Below, in pieces: positions 35,758 to 44,671 of a stretch of DNA of 64,000 nt; position 1 is the first letter of the stretch, and each line of letters begins with the position of its first letter. This DNA comes from an uncultured bacterium. GTDB lineage: Bacteria; Methylomirabilota; Methylomirabilia; Methylomirabilales; CSP1-5. The position numbers were made by a program, and so were the translations under genes. Below the pieces are notes generated by a model, which was not told the DNA's origin, did not search any database, and worked only from the letters and a program-made list of their open reading frames with translations. The stretch spans positions 21,424 to 85,423 of the forward strand of contig CAYGBT010000010.1 in NCBI GenBank assembly GCA_964348275.1. Reading direction: 5' to 3'.

Positions 35758-36077
35758 GGGTCCAGGCCCAGCTCCCCTCGCCCTCCCGACGCCACTCGAC
35801 TCTCCTCGCGCCACCACCCCTCGCCTGGATGACCTCATTTTACTTGAGTTGGGCAGCATCTGCAGGGCCCGAGCGACATTGCCGGGAGCCCGAAGGCCTT
35901 CGGACCGCTCAGTGTCGCCGCGGGCCCAAAGGGTTCCGGGCTCTTGCGGAGAGGCCCGGAGCGAGGGGCCAAAGGTGCTGGTCCACCAGCTACCAACCAC
36001 CGAGCACGAGTCAAGAGCCCTCTGTTCAGCACCGCGGCGGTATGCTATGGTGATATGCTAGTGAGGAGATTCCGATC

Positions 36078-36545
36078 ATGAGTGAGGGGGAGATCCGTTT
36101 CATCGCGGATAGCATGTTGGGCAGGCTGGCCAAATGGCTCCGGATTCTGGGGTACGACACGCTTTATTTCCGAGATGCGCACGACGGTCGCCTGGTCGCC
36201 CTCGCCCGGAAGGAGGGACGAATCCTCCTGACTCGGGATACCCGAATCCTCCTGCGCCGCCGGCTCTGCCCGATACTCTTTATCCGCCATGATCGCGTGT
36301 GGGACCAATTGAAACAGGTGGCGGGTGAGCTTGAACTCAGGATGGGAGAGCGGTTCGGGAGCCGGTGTCTCCGCTGTAATCGATCCCTCGCACCCGTTGC
36401 AAAAGAGGGAGCGGCGGGTCATGTCCCGGAGTATGTCTTTCGTCATCATGATGAGTTCTTTCGATGTGAGGAGTGCGGGCGAATCTTTTGGGGGGGAACA
36501 CACCTACACCATATGGAGGAGACCGTGCGGGCACTATGCGGCTGA
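36078..36545 (+). CDS. Mut7-C/DUF82 PIN-like RNase-domain protein with a C-terminal zinc ribbon
   Basis: ...FIADSMLGRLAKWLRILGYDT...ILLTRD...; C-terminal CLRCN...CEECGRIFWGGTH. Confidence 0.75.
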   Translation: MSEGEIRFIADSMLGRLAKWLRILGYDTLYFRDAHDGRLVALARKEGRILLTRDTRILLRRRLCPILFIRHDRVWDQLKQVAGELELRMGERFGSRCLRCNRSLAPVAKEGAAGHVPEYVFRHHDEFFRCEECGRIFWGGTHLHHMEETVRALCG

Positions 36546-37501
36546 TCATGCTGGGGACGCCGGCGTTCGCAGTGCCTTCACTGCGTCGCCTCATCGAGGT
36601 GGGACACGAGGTGGCCCTGGTGGTGACCCAGCCCGATCGTCCTGCAGGCCGCGGGAAGCAACTCCGCAAGTCTCCTGTCAAGCAGGTAGCCGAAGAGGCA
36701 GGCCTTCCCGTCATCCAACCAGTAAAAATCCAAGACCCAGAGGTCGTGGGTCACCTTCGCCGGACGAAGCCTGAGTTTATTGTGGTGGTGGCCTATGGGC
36801 AGATCCTGTCCCGAGCCATCCTCGAGATCCCTCCAAAGGGGTGCCTCAATGTCCACGCCTCCCTCCTGCCCAAATATCGGGGTGCGGCGCCCATTGCATG
36901 GGCACTCATTCGGGGAGAGACGGTGACGGGCGTCACGATTTTGGAGATCATCGAGGTCATGGATGCTGGCCCCATCCTCTTGCAGCGGGAGATTCCGATC
37001 GCCGCTGAGGATAACGCCGGGACCGTTCACGATCGACTGGCACCCCTAGGTGCAGACGCGCTCATCGAGACGTTGAGCGCCGTGGAGCGCGGAGCGGTGA
37101 CGAAGACGCCGCAGAATGAGGCCCAAGCGAGCTATGCACCGAAGCTTCCGCTGCACATCGGGAGGCTTGAGTGGACTCAGAATGCGGTGGAGCTTTCGAA
37201 CCTCGTGCGTGGCCTTGCTCCACAGCCTGGCGCGTATACATTCTTTGGAGGCCTTCTCGTGAGAGTCCTCGGCGCACAGCCGTTGCCGGGCGATCACCGA
37301 CAGGTGCCGGGCCGTATCCTCGGCGTGTTGAGGGGGGTGGGGATTCAGGTGGCAACGGGCGAGGGGACTCTGCTACTCACCAGGCTTCAGCCGGAGGGAA
37401 AGCGGGTCATGACGGCCGAGGAGTTTTCACGTGGCTATCGCGCAGAGACGGGGAGAGGCTTTGCCTCCACCCGGGAACAATCCGCGGCGCCTCGCCCTTG
37501 A
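36536..37501 (+). CDS. fmt: Methionyl-tRNA formyltransferase
   Basis: I place the start at ATG 36536 (MRLIMLGTPAFAVPSL). ...NVHASLLPKYRGAAPI...; ...VTGVTI... Confidence 0.9.
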   Translation: MRLIMLGTPAFAVPSLRRLIEVGHEVALVVTQPDRPAGRGKQLRKSPVKQVAEEAGLPVIQPVKIQDPEVVGHLRRTKPEFIVVVAYGQILSRAILEIPPKGCLNVHASLLPKYRGAAPIAWALIRGETVTGVTILEIIEVMDAGPILLQREIPIAAEDNAGTVHDRLAPLGADALIETLSAVERGAVTKTPQNEAQASYAPKLPLHIGRLEWTQNAVELSNLVRGLAPQPGAYTFFGGLLVRVLGAQPLPGDHRQVPGRILGVLRGVGIQVATGEGTLLLTRLQPEGKRVMTAEEFSRGYRAETGRGFASTREQSAAPRP

Positions 37502-38798
37502 GATTCTCGTCCGGGTCGAACGGGATAGAGCGTACGCGAATTTTCTCCTGGACGCCCGGCTCCGCCGGAAAAGGCTCGCCCCCCGCGACCGGGCGCTGGC
37601 AACGGAGCTCTGTTATGGGGTGCTGCGGCATCGAGGGACGATTGACTTTCTGCTCGACACAGTCCTGGATCGTCCGCTCCAGGCGGTGGATCTAGAGGCG
37701 AGGAATCTCGTAAGGCTCGGTGCCTACCAACTCTTTTATCTGGACCGAGTCCCGACCTATGCGGCCGTCGATGAAACAGTTCGGCTGGCCCGGCGGCGTA
37801 GACGAACATTTGTGAATGCCATCCTGCGGGCCTTGGACCGGCGCGGCCCGCTCCGGGAGGAGGAGCTGCCCGAAGACCCGGTCCGGAGATCGTCTGTGCG
37901 GTACTCCCATCCCCCGTGGCTCGTGGAGCGATGGCTGAAACAACTGGGGGATGAAGCGCTCCAGCTCATGGAGGCCAATAATCGGATTCCCCCGGTTTCG
38001 ATCCGGTGGAATCCCCTTCGGGGAAGCGAGGACGAGCTACAGCAGGGCCTCACCCAGGCAGGGGCAGAGTGGGAGACGAGTCCCTGGCTGCCGCACGTGT
38101 ATCGGGTGCGGGATGCAGGCAGCCTGCTGACCGGTCCCGTGAGCGATCGCGGGCTGTTTTGGGTGATGGATGAGGCATCAGATTTGGTCGTGCGCCTTTT
38201 GGATCCACATGCGGGGGAGCGTATCCTGGATGTCTGTGCAGGTGGCGGGGGAAAGGCCGCTTTGGCTGCCGTGTTGATGGAGAACCGGGGTGCGATCGCG
38301 GCCCTTGATGTCAGCGGACGGGCCTTGAGACGACTCCAGGAGGCACGCCAACGTTTGGGTGCCACGATCGTGAGCCCGGTGAAGGGGGATGCCCGGCACG
38401 GGCCGGGAAGGTTCCGCGGATGGGCTGATCGGGTCTTGGTGGATGCCCCGTGTACAGGGTTGGGGACAGTGCGAAGGCGACCGGAGATCCGATGGCACCG
38501 GGAGCCCGAGGAAATCGCTCGGATGACCAATTTGCAGGGGGCGATCTTAGACGGGATGGCAGACAGTGTTCGCTCTGGGGGTTGTCTGGTCTATGCGGTG
38601 TGCAGCAGGGAGCCGGAAGAAGGGGAAGGAGTTATTGTGAGCTTCTTGGCCCGGCATCCCGAGTATTCACGAGAAGAGAGCCTACCGCCATTTTTTGTGG
38701 GGGATCGGGGCGCTCTCGCAGCTGGGGGGTGTCTTGCCACCTGGCCTCACCGACATGATACTGATGGGTTTTTTGGCGCCCGGCTCCGGCGACATTAA
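37431..38798 (+). CDS. rsmB: 16S rRNA (cytosine967-C5)-methyltransferase
   Basis: NusB-like N-terminus; ...ILDVCAGGGGKA...; ...VLVDAPCTGLGTVRRRPEIRW...; ...LVYAVCS... The start is uncertain because it overlaps the fmt 3' end. Confidence 0.9.
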   Translation: MAIAQRRGEALPPPGNNPRRLALEILVRVERDRAYANFLLDARLRRKRLAPRDRALATELCYGVLRHRGTIDFLLDTVLDRPLQAVDLEARNLVRLGAYQLFYLDRVPTYAAVDETVRLARRRRRTFVNAILRALDRRGPLREEELPEDPVRRSSVRYSHPPWLVERWLKQLGDEALQLMEANNRIPPVSIRWNPLRGSEDELQQGLTQAGAEWETSPWLPHVYRVRDAGSLLTGPVSDRGLFWVMDEASDLVVRLLDPHAGERILDVCAGGGGKAALAAVLMENRGAIAALDVSGRALRRLQEARQRLGATIVSPVKGDARHGPGRFRGWADRVLVDAPCTGLGTVRRRPEIRWHREPEEIARMTNLQGAILDGMADSVRSGGCLVYAVCSREPEEGEGVIVSFLARHPEYSREESLPPFFVGDRGALAAGGCLATWPHRHDTDGFFGARLRRH

Positions 38799-38813
38799 AG
38801 GGTTTAGGGACTC

Positions 38814-39524
38814 ATGAGTTGGCTGAACACCGCATTGAAAATCTCAGGTTTTGTGGTCGGGCTCGTCCTGTTGTCCGTCCTCTCCGGATATATCGCCATG
38901 AAGCTCTCTTTGGAGCGAGACAGGATTGACGTCCCAGTCGTGATTGGCTTGGAGCTGAAGGAAGCAGCACGTCAGATCCGGGAGGTGGGACTCAAGCCGC
39001 GGATGTCCGGCGAGGAGTACCACGTTGCCTTCCCCAAGGGAACTGTGATCCGTCAGAGCCCAACAGGCGGGTCCCGCATCCGAAAAAACAAAGAGGTCCG
39101 TCTTACCATTAGCAAAGGCAGCGACGAGACGTTAGCCCCGGATCTAGTGGGTCAACCCCTCGCTCGGGCCCAGCGTGTGATGGCCGAGCAGGGTCTGGGC
39201 CTTGGACATACGGCGAGAGTACATACCCAGCTGCCGGAGGGGGTGGTCATCGCCCAGAACCCTCCTGCGGGTTTTCCGGTCCGCCGAGGGACTCCGTTGA
39301 GTCTGCTGGTCAGTCTTGGAGAGGAAGAGCGATTTTATGTGATGCCGAATCTCGTCGGACAGCGCGAGGAAGAAGCCATCACGATCCTCAAGGAAATGGG
39401 CCTGACACCCAGCGTGACGTACCAGCCCTTCGCTGGTCCGGCCCGCCGGGTAGTTCTGCAAGATCCCTCCTTCGGGACTCGAATCAAGGAGAAAGAGCAG
39501 GTGACTCTAGTGGTCGGCCAATAA
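38814..39524 (+). CDS. Membrane-anchored triple-PASTA-domain protein (no kinase domain)
   Basis: N-terminal TM plus three PASTA-like repeats (...VPVVIGLELKEAARQIREVGL..., ...APDLVGQPLARAQRVMAEQGL..., ...MPNLVGQREEEAITILKEMGL...). Confidence 0.75.
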   Translation: MSWLNTALKISGFVVGLVLLSVLSGYIAMKLSLERDRIDVPVVIGLELKEAARQIREVGLKPRMSGEEYHVAFPKGTVIRQSPTGGSRIRKNKEVRLTISKGSDETLAPDLVGQPLARAQRVMAEQGLGLGHTARVHTQLPEGVVIAQNPPAGFPVRRGTPLSLLVSLGEEERFYVMPNLVGQREEEAITILKEMGLTPSVTYQPFAGPARRVVLQDPSFGTRIKEKEQVTLVVGQ

Positions 39525-39644
39525 GAGCCGCTGCTAGCATTGATTGGTTTTTGGTGTTCGGTGTTGAGTCTTGGGTGGAGCCGGCACGGAAAGCATCCTT
39601 CGTCGGCGGAAAACTCCAGTGGTTGCTTTGGAGAAGAATTTATG

Positions 39645-39776
39645 TTCCGCGCCGAACGAATCGTGATACATCAGGACGGCCACCCCCACCTGCGCTGCGC
39701 TCTCCGAAAGCCTTCGGAGCCGTCCCGGTCCGGGAGCCCGTCCCGGGATCTCGGACCCGCAAACCGGATTCCGCCT
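39645..39776. repeat. Dispersed repeat R1, copy B (hairpin 39702-39719), flanked by heptamer arrays at 39546-39580 and 39827-39854
   Basis: Shares TTCCGnGCCGAA...CATCAnGACGGCCACCCCCACCTnCGCTnCGCT...TCCGAAnGCnTTCGGA...TTCCGCC with copy A. Flanking arrays: GGTTTTT GGTGTTC GGTGTTG AGTCTTG GGTGGAG, and GTCATCG x3 followed by GTCGACG. Confidence 0.75.
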
Positions 39777-39867
39777 TCCTCAGGATCTGCTTCCCTTGCC
39801 GGCTCGCGGGTTTTAGAAATTCTGCTGTCATCGGTCATCGGTCATCGGTCGACGGCCCGGAGGGCCT

Positions 39868-40527
39868 GTGGTTAAGATTGCGCCGGCGGTGCTCATGGTG
39901 GATTATGGTCGTCTTGCCGAAGAGGTCCTCGCTGTGGAAAAGGAGGCCGACCTCCTGCATTTCGACGTGATGGACGGCCATTTCGTCCCCGTGATCAGCT
40001 ATGGAGCCGACCTGATTCGATCCCTGCGGCCCCGGACGGCGGTCCCTTTTGATGTCCACTTGATGGTGCAATACCCCGAGCGCTACATTCCCGAATTTGC
40101 CAAGGCCGGCAGCGACTGTCTGACCGTCCATGCCGAGGTCTGTCCCCATCTGGACCGTACCATTCGGCAGATCAAGGAGAGAGGGATAAAGGCGGGGGTA
40201 GCTTTGAACCCTTCCACCCCCCTCGAGACTGTCGATTCGGTGATCCGCGATATCGATACCGTCCTCCTGATGTCAGTGAACCCCGGGTTCGGGGGTCAGG
40301 GCTTTATCGCCGAAGTGGAGCAGAAGGTGGAGCAGATGCGGCGGCGTCTGGATGCGCTTCGGCTCCGCTGCGAGCTCGAAGTCGATGGAGGGATCAAAGC
40401 CGAAAACTGCGCTCGGGTCGCCAAGGCTGGGGCTTCCATTCTGGTAGCCGGCTCGGCCGTTTTTCAGAGTCCTGTGCCGGCTGAAGCCATCCGCGAGATG
40501 AAACGTCTGACGACCCCGTCGGCCTAA
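39868..40527 (+). CDS. rpe: Ribulose-phosphate 3-epimerase
   Basis: GTG start; ...LHFDVMDGHFVP...; ...DVHLMV...; ...MSVNPGFGGQ...; ...VDGGI... Confidence 0.95.
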   Translation: MVKIAPAVLMVDYGRLAEEVLAVEKEADLLHFDVMDGHFVPVISYGADLIRSLRPRTAVPFDVHLMVQYPERYIPEFAKAGSDCLTVHAEVCPHLDRTIRQIKERGIKAGVALNPSTPLETVDSVIRDIDTVLLMSVNPGFGGQGFIAEVEQKVEQMRRRLDALRLRCELEVDGGIKAENCARVAKAGASILVAGSAVFQSPVPAEAIREMKRLTTPSA

Positions 40528-40593
40528 GGAAGCAGGGATGAGAATCGTGTGGAAACTTGCACGGCCGTACTCACCTGCGAGTGAGGGACATTA

Positions 40594-41463
40594 GTGAAAC
40601 GGGTGAGGATGGAGCTATCTCTGGGGCTCCTGCTTCTGACAAGCCCGCTAGCAAAGGGGGCGGAGTTAGAAGTTCAGCTCCCCAAGGACCCCGTTCTCCA
40701 AGGCGATCTTCGCTCCCTCCATGTGACCGCTCCGGAGCCACTCGTTCGGCTCGCCGCCCGCTTTCGAGGGATGAACCTTCCCGTGCGTCCCGGAGAAGGA
40801 GCATATACCGTCCTCTTGGCGGTGGATCTCGAAGCCCCCACTGGCCCGCACCTGGTGGAAATTGAGGCCGAGGGGATGTCAGGCGCGCGATATCACCTCG
40901 AGGACCGGGTCCGCATCGTGGACGGGCGGTTTCCCGTTCAGCACCTGAAGCTTCCCAAGGCTATGGTGGATCTCGATGTGGAGACGCTGGATCGTGTCCG
41001 CCAGGAGCGCGCGGTGCTTGCTGCAATCTGGAGAAAGTGGAAGGATGGCCCGTATTGGTGGGAGGAATTCATTTCGCCCCTCGAGGAAACCGTTGGGGTC
41101 AGCAGCGAATTCGGGCTCCGGCGGATCATCAATGGTCAACCCCGGAGCCCCCACGGCGGCATCGATTTCGGGACCTCCGCCGGGACGTCGGTGTTGGCCA
41201 GCAACCATGGAGTGGTGGTTTACACCGGCGAGATGTTCTTCAGTGGAAATTCGGTGATCCTGCATCACGGAGGCGGCCTCTTCACAATGTACTTTCACCT
41301 GCAGAAATATCGCGTGGAACGGGGGCAGGAGGTCGCCAAGGGAGAAGTCCTCGGGTGGGTGGGGGCGACGGGTCGGGTTACCGGTCCCCATCTCCATTGG
41401 GGCGCGCGCCTTCAGCAGGCGCGTTTCGATCCGCGACGATTGCTCGAGCTCTCTCTTCCCTAG
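40594..41463 (+). CDS. M23-family metallopeptidase
   Basis: Signal peptide; ...PHGGIDFGTSAGTSVLASNHGVVVYTGEMFFSGNSVILHHGGGLFTMYFHL...GATGRVTGPHLHW... Confidence 0.85.
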   Translation: MKRVRMELSLGLLLLTSPLAKGAELEVQLPKDPVLQGDLRSLHVTAPEPLVRLAARFRGMNLPVRPGEGAYTVLLAVDLEAPTGPHLVEIEAEGMSGARYHLEDRVRIVDGRFPVQHLKLPKAMVDLDVETLDRVRQERAVLAAIWRKWKDGPYWWEEFISPLEETVGVSSEFGLRRIINGQPRSPHGGIDFGTSAGTSVLASNHGVVVYTGEMFFSGNSVILHHGGGLFTMYFHLQKYRVERGQEVAKGEVLGWVGATGRVTGPHLHWGARLQQARFDPRRLLELSLP

Positions 41464-41480
41464 GAGATGCAACGGATTCG

Positions 41481-42407
41481 ATGCGACTCAGGCTCCTCCT
41501 GGCCTTACTCACCGTATGCCTCGTCTGGGGCGGCGTGGCCGTGGCTTTCAAGGTTGGGCTATGGGACGCGCCTGTTCTAGGTTATGTGGCCGTCCGGTTC
41601 TGGTTGGGCGGGATCGGGCTCTGGCTCTGGGCCAGGTGGCGGGGCTCCTCGCTCGAGATTCCCGCTCCGCTCATCCCCCAGTTCATCAGGGTAGGCGTGT
41701 TGTTCACCCTCGCACTGATCTTGGTCACCTGGGGGACGGGGATGACAGCCGCGAGTCGGTCGGCTGTCTTTATGAACACGCAGCCGATCCAGGTGGCGAT
41801 CCTCGCGCACTTTCTCCTACCAGGGGATCGACTGAATCCCCGCAAGATGGCAGGACTCACGGCGGCCTTTCTCGGGGTGCTGGTGATCCTGATGATGAAG
41901 ACCGATCTCCCGGAGGCCGCCTCGTGGAGGCGGGGAGATTTCATTGTTCTCCTGGCAGCGCTCTCTTGGGCCTTTCAGACGATTTATGCCAAGCGACTCG
42001 TGATCAGAGTTTCGCCGCTGGCTCTCACCCTTTGGCAGGTTGTGCTCTGCGCGTTCGTCACTTCCATTCTCAGTCTCATTCTGGAGCCCTGGACTGCATG
42101 GCACGTGACGGGTCGTCTCGCCCTGGCTTTGCTGTACCTGGCCTTTGGGGTCACGATGGCCGGATGGGGACTGTGGATCTACGTTCTGCGGGAAGTGGAC
42201 GCCTCGGTAGCCACAAGCTTTCTCTTCACCGTTCCGATTTTCGGTGTTCTGGCCGGATGGATGCTCCTCAGTGAACCATTGGGTCCGAACATGATCGGCG
42301 GTGCGATATTGGTGGCGACCGGGATCCTCCTGGTCAGTGCTCCGACTGGCAAGCGCCGGCCGGCGCCTGTCCCGAGCGACTCCCCCCGAATGTTCTCTCC
42401 CCCCTGA
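41481..42407 (+). CDS. EamA/DMT-family transporter
   Basis: I place the start at ATG 41481 (MRLRLLLALLTVCLVWGG...). About 10 TM with a duplicated EamA pattern. The track ORF 41037-42407 has a non-coding-looking extension. Confidence 0.8.
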   Translation: MRLRLLLALLTVCLVWGGVAVAFKVGLWDAPVLGYVAVRFWLGGIGLWLWARWRGSSLEIPAPLIPQFIRVGVLFTLALILVTWGTGMTAASRSAVFMNTQPIQVAILAHFLLPGDRLNPRKMAGLTAAFLGVLVILMMKTDLPEAASWRRGDFIVLLAALSWAFQTIYAKRLVIRVSPLALTLWQVVLCAFVTSILSLILEPWTAWHVTGRLALALLYLAFGVTMAGWGLWIYVLREVDASVATSFLFTVPIFGVLAGWMLLSEPLGPNMIGGAILVATGILLVSAPTGKRRPAPVPSDSPRMFSPP

Positions 42408-42440
42408 CCAACGCGAGATACAGAGGGGCCGTCAAAGTAA

Positions 42441-42469
42441 AGGCCCTCCCGGGTTACCCGGGAGGGCCT
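42441..42469. terminator. Perfect 13-bp stem / 3-nt loop hairpin between convergent genes
   Basis: AGGCCCTCCCGGG-TTA-CCCGGGAGGGCCT, read directly. It sits between the stop at 42407 (+) and the stop at 42490 (-). Confidence 0.7.
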
Positions 42470-42489
42470 CTGCGCTTCCGAGGACTTGG

Positions 42490-42819
42490 TTACTTCGTTC
42501 GCTTAGCGAGCATCTGCGCCGCGATCGCGAAACCGTAGGCGGCATTCGCCTTGGCGATTGCCCGAGCATGATCAAGTTTTCCGGCCGCGGGCTTCTCGTG
42601 GTTGTGCTTGGCCGAGCCCAAAAACATCTTGGCGTCGTCGACCAGGGTGTGGACTTCTCCCTGCTTCTCCTTGGGGAGCTTCGCCATGGCCGCCGCAGCC
42701 TGATCGATGGCGTCCTCGGCTTTTTCAAAATGCTTCGGACACTCGAAGGCCGAGACGACGGGCGCTGCAAAGAATACGACTAACGGAAAGACCATCAGAG
42801 AAGCGAGTATTTTTCGCAT
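42490..42819 (-). CDS. Small secreted helical protein, unknown function (His-rich; one Cys directly after the signal peptide)
   Basis: Signal peptide MRKILASLMVFPLVVFFAAPVVSAFE; 109 aa; first gene of the metal cluster. Confidence 0.5.
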   Translation of the reverse strand: MRKILASLMVFPLVVFFAAPVVSAFECPKHFEKAEDAIDQAAAAMAKLPKEKQGEVHTLVDDAKMFLGSAKHNHEKPAAGKLDHARAIAKANAAYGFAIAAQMLAKRTK

Positions 42820-42948
42820 GACTGGCTCCTCCTAACTAATAGAAACGGTTAACGAGTGACGGCTCGACTCCCGAAACCTGTGAAGCGGAGCCCATAGCTA
42901 ACATGTTTGGGGAAATCATGTCAAGGGAATCAAGCGCGGAGATCCAGG

Positions 42949-43695
42949 CTACTTCACTGGCGAGATCTCGATAATCACCTCCTTTTCGGCATCGATTTTG
43001 AACTTAATCCTGTCCCCCTTCTTGAGCCCCTTCAGGAGATCCACTGAACTGACCGGATAGCCCATCGTCATGGCCCCCATGAACCCCTCAATCTCCCCGT
43101 GCTTCACCACGAGGAGGTTCTCCGTCGGGTCCACGATCCGAACCTCCCCCTCCCCTTTGTAGAATTTGGGCTTCGTTGTGTGGGCATGGCCCGGGGTGAG
43201 GCCTTTCAGGTACGCCACGAGGCTGGTCCATTCCTCAAGGGTGAGGAGATCCGCGTAGCTGGGATGGATCGAGAGGCCATCCTCACCAGTGAAGCCCGGA
43301 GCTGTGACGATCACGGCGTTCGGATCAAGGATGGACTCGGCAAGGTACTCGACAGGGTGGTGGGCCCCCATCCCGGTGAGGTCGGGTCCGGGCCGCTGCT
43401 CTGTCATGCTGGCGGGGAATCTTTCCCCCTGTACTTGGTGACAGGAATAGCATTCCAGCTTGATGAAGACCGCACGTCCAGCCTCGGGGTCACCGGCGGG
43501 CATGGTGAACTTCCATCCCGGTGGGGTCCCCCCATGTCTGTGTAGCTCCTCCATCGTGATACGCACAGGCCCTTTCGGTTTCTGTGGGGACTGAGCGGGA
43601 TGGTGATGGCCAGGCGGCTCGTCGGCTGCTCCAGAGTTGCATAACAAGAATCCGCCAAGCAGGATCATCAAAGGGATCTTTCCTCTGAATTTCAT
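42949..43695 (-). CDS. Periplasmic c-type cytochrome fused to a CusF-like copper-binding domain
   Basis: Signal peptide; HHHP stretch; heme motif ...LECYSCHQV...; C-terminal CusF-like ...GEGEVRIVDPTENLLVVKHGEIEGFMGAMTMGYPV...GDRIKFKI... Confidence 0.7.
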   Translation of the reverse strand: MKFRGKIPLMILLGGFLLCNSGAADEPPGHHHPAQSPQKPKGPVRITMEELHRHGGTPPGWKFTMPAGDPEAGRAVFIKLECYSCHQVQGERFPASMTEQRPGPDLTGMGAHHPVEYLAESILDPNAVIVTAPGFTGEDGLSIHPSYADLLTLEEWTSLVAYLKGLTPGHAHTTKPKFYKGEGEVRIVDPTENLLVVKHGEIEGFMGAMTMGYPVSSVDLLKGLKKGDRIKFKIDAEKEVIIEISPVK

Positions 43696-43725
43696 GGATG
43701 CATTCTCCCTCCGTCGAAGCGGTCG

Positions 43726-44178
43726 CTACGGCTTCACCACCCACCACCGATCCCCGGCCCCATGCCCTTCAGTATCTCCCCGCTTCTTGTCTCTTCGAAA
43801 GTAATACAACGGCTTGCCCTTGTACCCGTACTGCTTGGAGCCGTCGTCTCGAGTGATAATGCTAAGCGGAGCGGCAGGCGTAGGGTCACCGGTTTTTGGG
43901 GCGTAAGGAGGCCATGCTCGGGCGCAGCCCCCGGCACACGTGCTCTTCCCGGGCTCGGTGTCGTTGTCGAAGATGTACAGCGTCATGCCACTCCCATCCA
44001 CGAGAAAGGTGCCGAGTTTATCCTTCGTCGCAGTCTTGAGCGGTGCGGGGGGGCTCTGCTGGGCAAAACTGGACGACAGAACCAAGAACGAGAGGGCGAA
44101 GGCCACTCCCGTGAGCATACTGAACAATCTTCCGCGGGTTGTGAGATACATGGTTACCTCCTTGAGGTTTGAGAACAT
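43726..44178 (-). CDS. Secreted protein with repeated Y-x-(F/W/Y)-x-x-D motifs (COG4315-like)
   Basis: ...GMTLYIFDNDT...CAGGCARAWPP...GKPLYYFRRDKKRGDTEGHG... The start may be the internal MYLTTRG. Confidence 0.65.
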   Translation of the reverse strand: MFSNLKEVTMYLTTRGRLFSMLTGVAFALSFLVLSSSFAQQSPPAPLKTATKDKLGTFLVDGSGMTLYIFDNDTEPGKSTCAGGCARAWPPYAPKTGDPTPAAPLSIITRDDGSKQYGYKGKPLYYFRRDKKRGDTEGHGAGDRWWVVKP

Positions 44179-44248
44179 GCGTTGCCGATGCGGGGTTGTC
44201 GAGCACGTCCGAATAAGTAGCCCCCGTAACGAGTGACTGAAGTTCTGG

Positions 44249-44641
44249 CTATTTTGGCATACCGATCAGGCTGAGGGCAAGTAGGGCGAGTCCCCAGCCG
44301 GGGAGCATCGCTGCAACCCCGAGGAACCAATACGTCATCGAGCCGTGGTTACGGCTTGACTGTCGCAGGTGCCTGACCACGGTGTCTGTGATGATGACGC
44401 CGAGGAGGGGGGCCGACGATGAAGTGATCAGCACAATCTTGGGTATTGATCCTCCCGAAGGCGCCAAGAGACCAAGAAAGGCGATGAGCCAAGCAGGAAA
44501 AAGAGCCGCCATCCCTAAAAACCAACACCGCTCCGGGCTATAGTGCCGCCACGGGCTGCTCGGGTCTGCGACCAACGCGCCGGTTCCGCACAGGCCCAAG
44601 GCCGCCGCCACGACCGACCAGGTGATCATCACTTCTCCCAT
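44249..44641 (-). CDS. Hypothetical 4-TM membrane protein with an internal duplication
   Basis: ...WFLGMAALFPAWLIAFLGLLAP... and ...YWFLGVAAMLPGWGLALLALSL... are repeated halves. Confidence 0.5.
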   Translation of the reverse strand: MGEVMITWSVVAAALGLCGTGALVADPSSPWRHYSPERCWFLGMAALFPAWLIAFLGLLAPSGGSIPKIVLITSSSAPLLGVIITDTVVRHLRQSSRNHGSMTYWFLGVAAMLPGWGLALLALSLIGMPK

Positions 44642-44671
44642 GGACTGAAAGGAGAATCTCAGTGGGAGCCT

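Noticed and set aside
42850-44237. Shared 11-mer TAACGAGTGAC upstream of two metal-cluster genes (42850-42860 and 44227-44237), considered as a common operator
   Set aside because: In 64 kb, hundreds of exact 11-mer coincidences are expected by chance (N^2/2 divided by 4^11). There is no extended similarity or symmetry around the sites.
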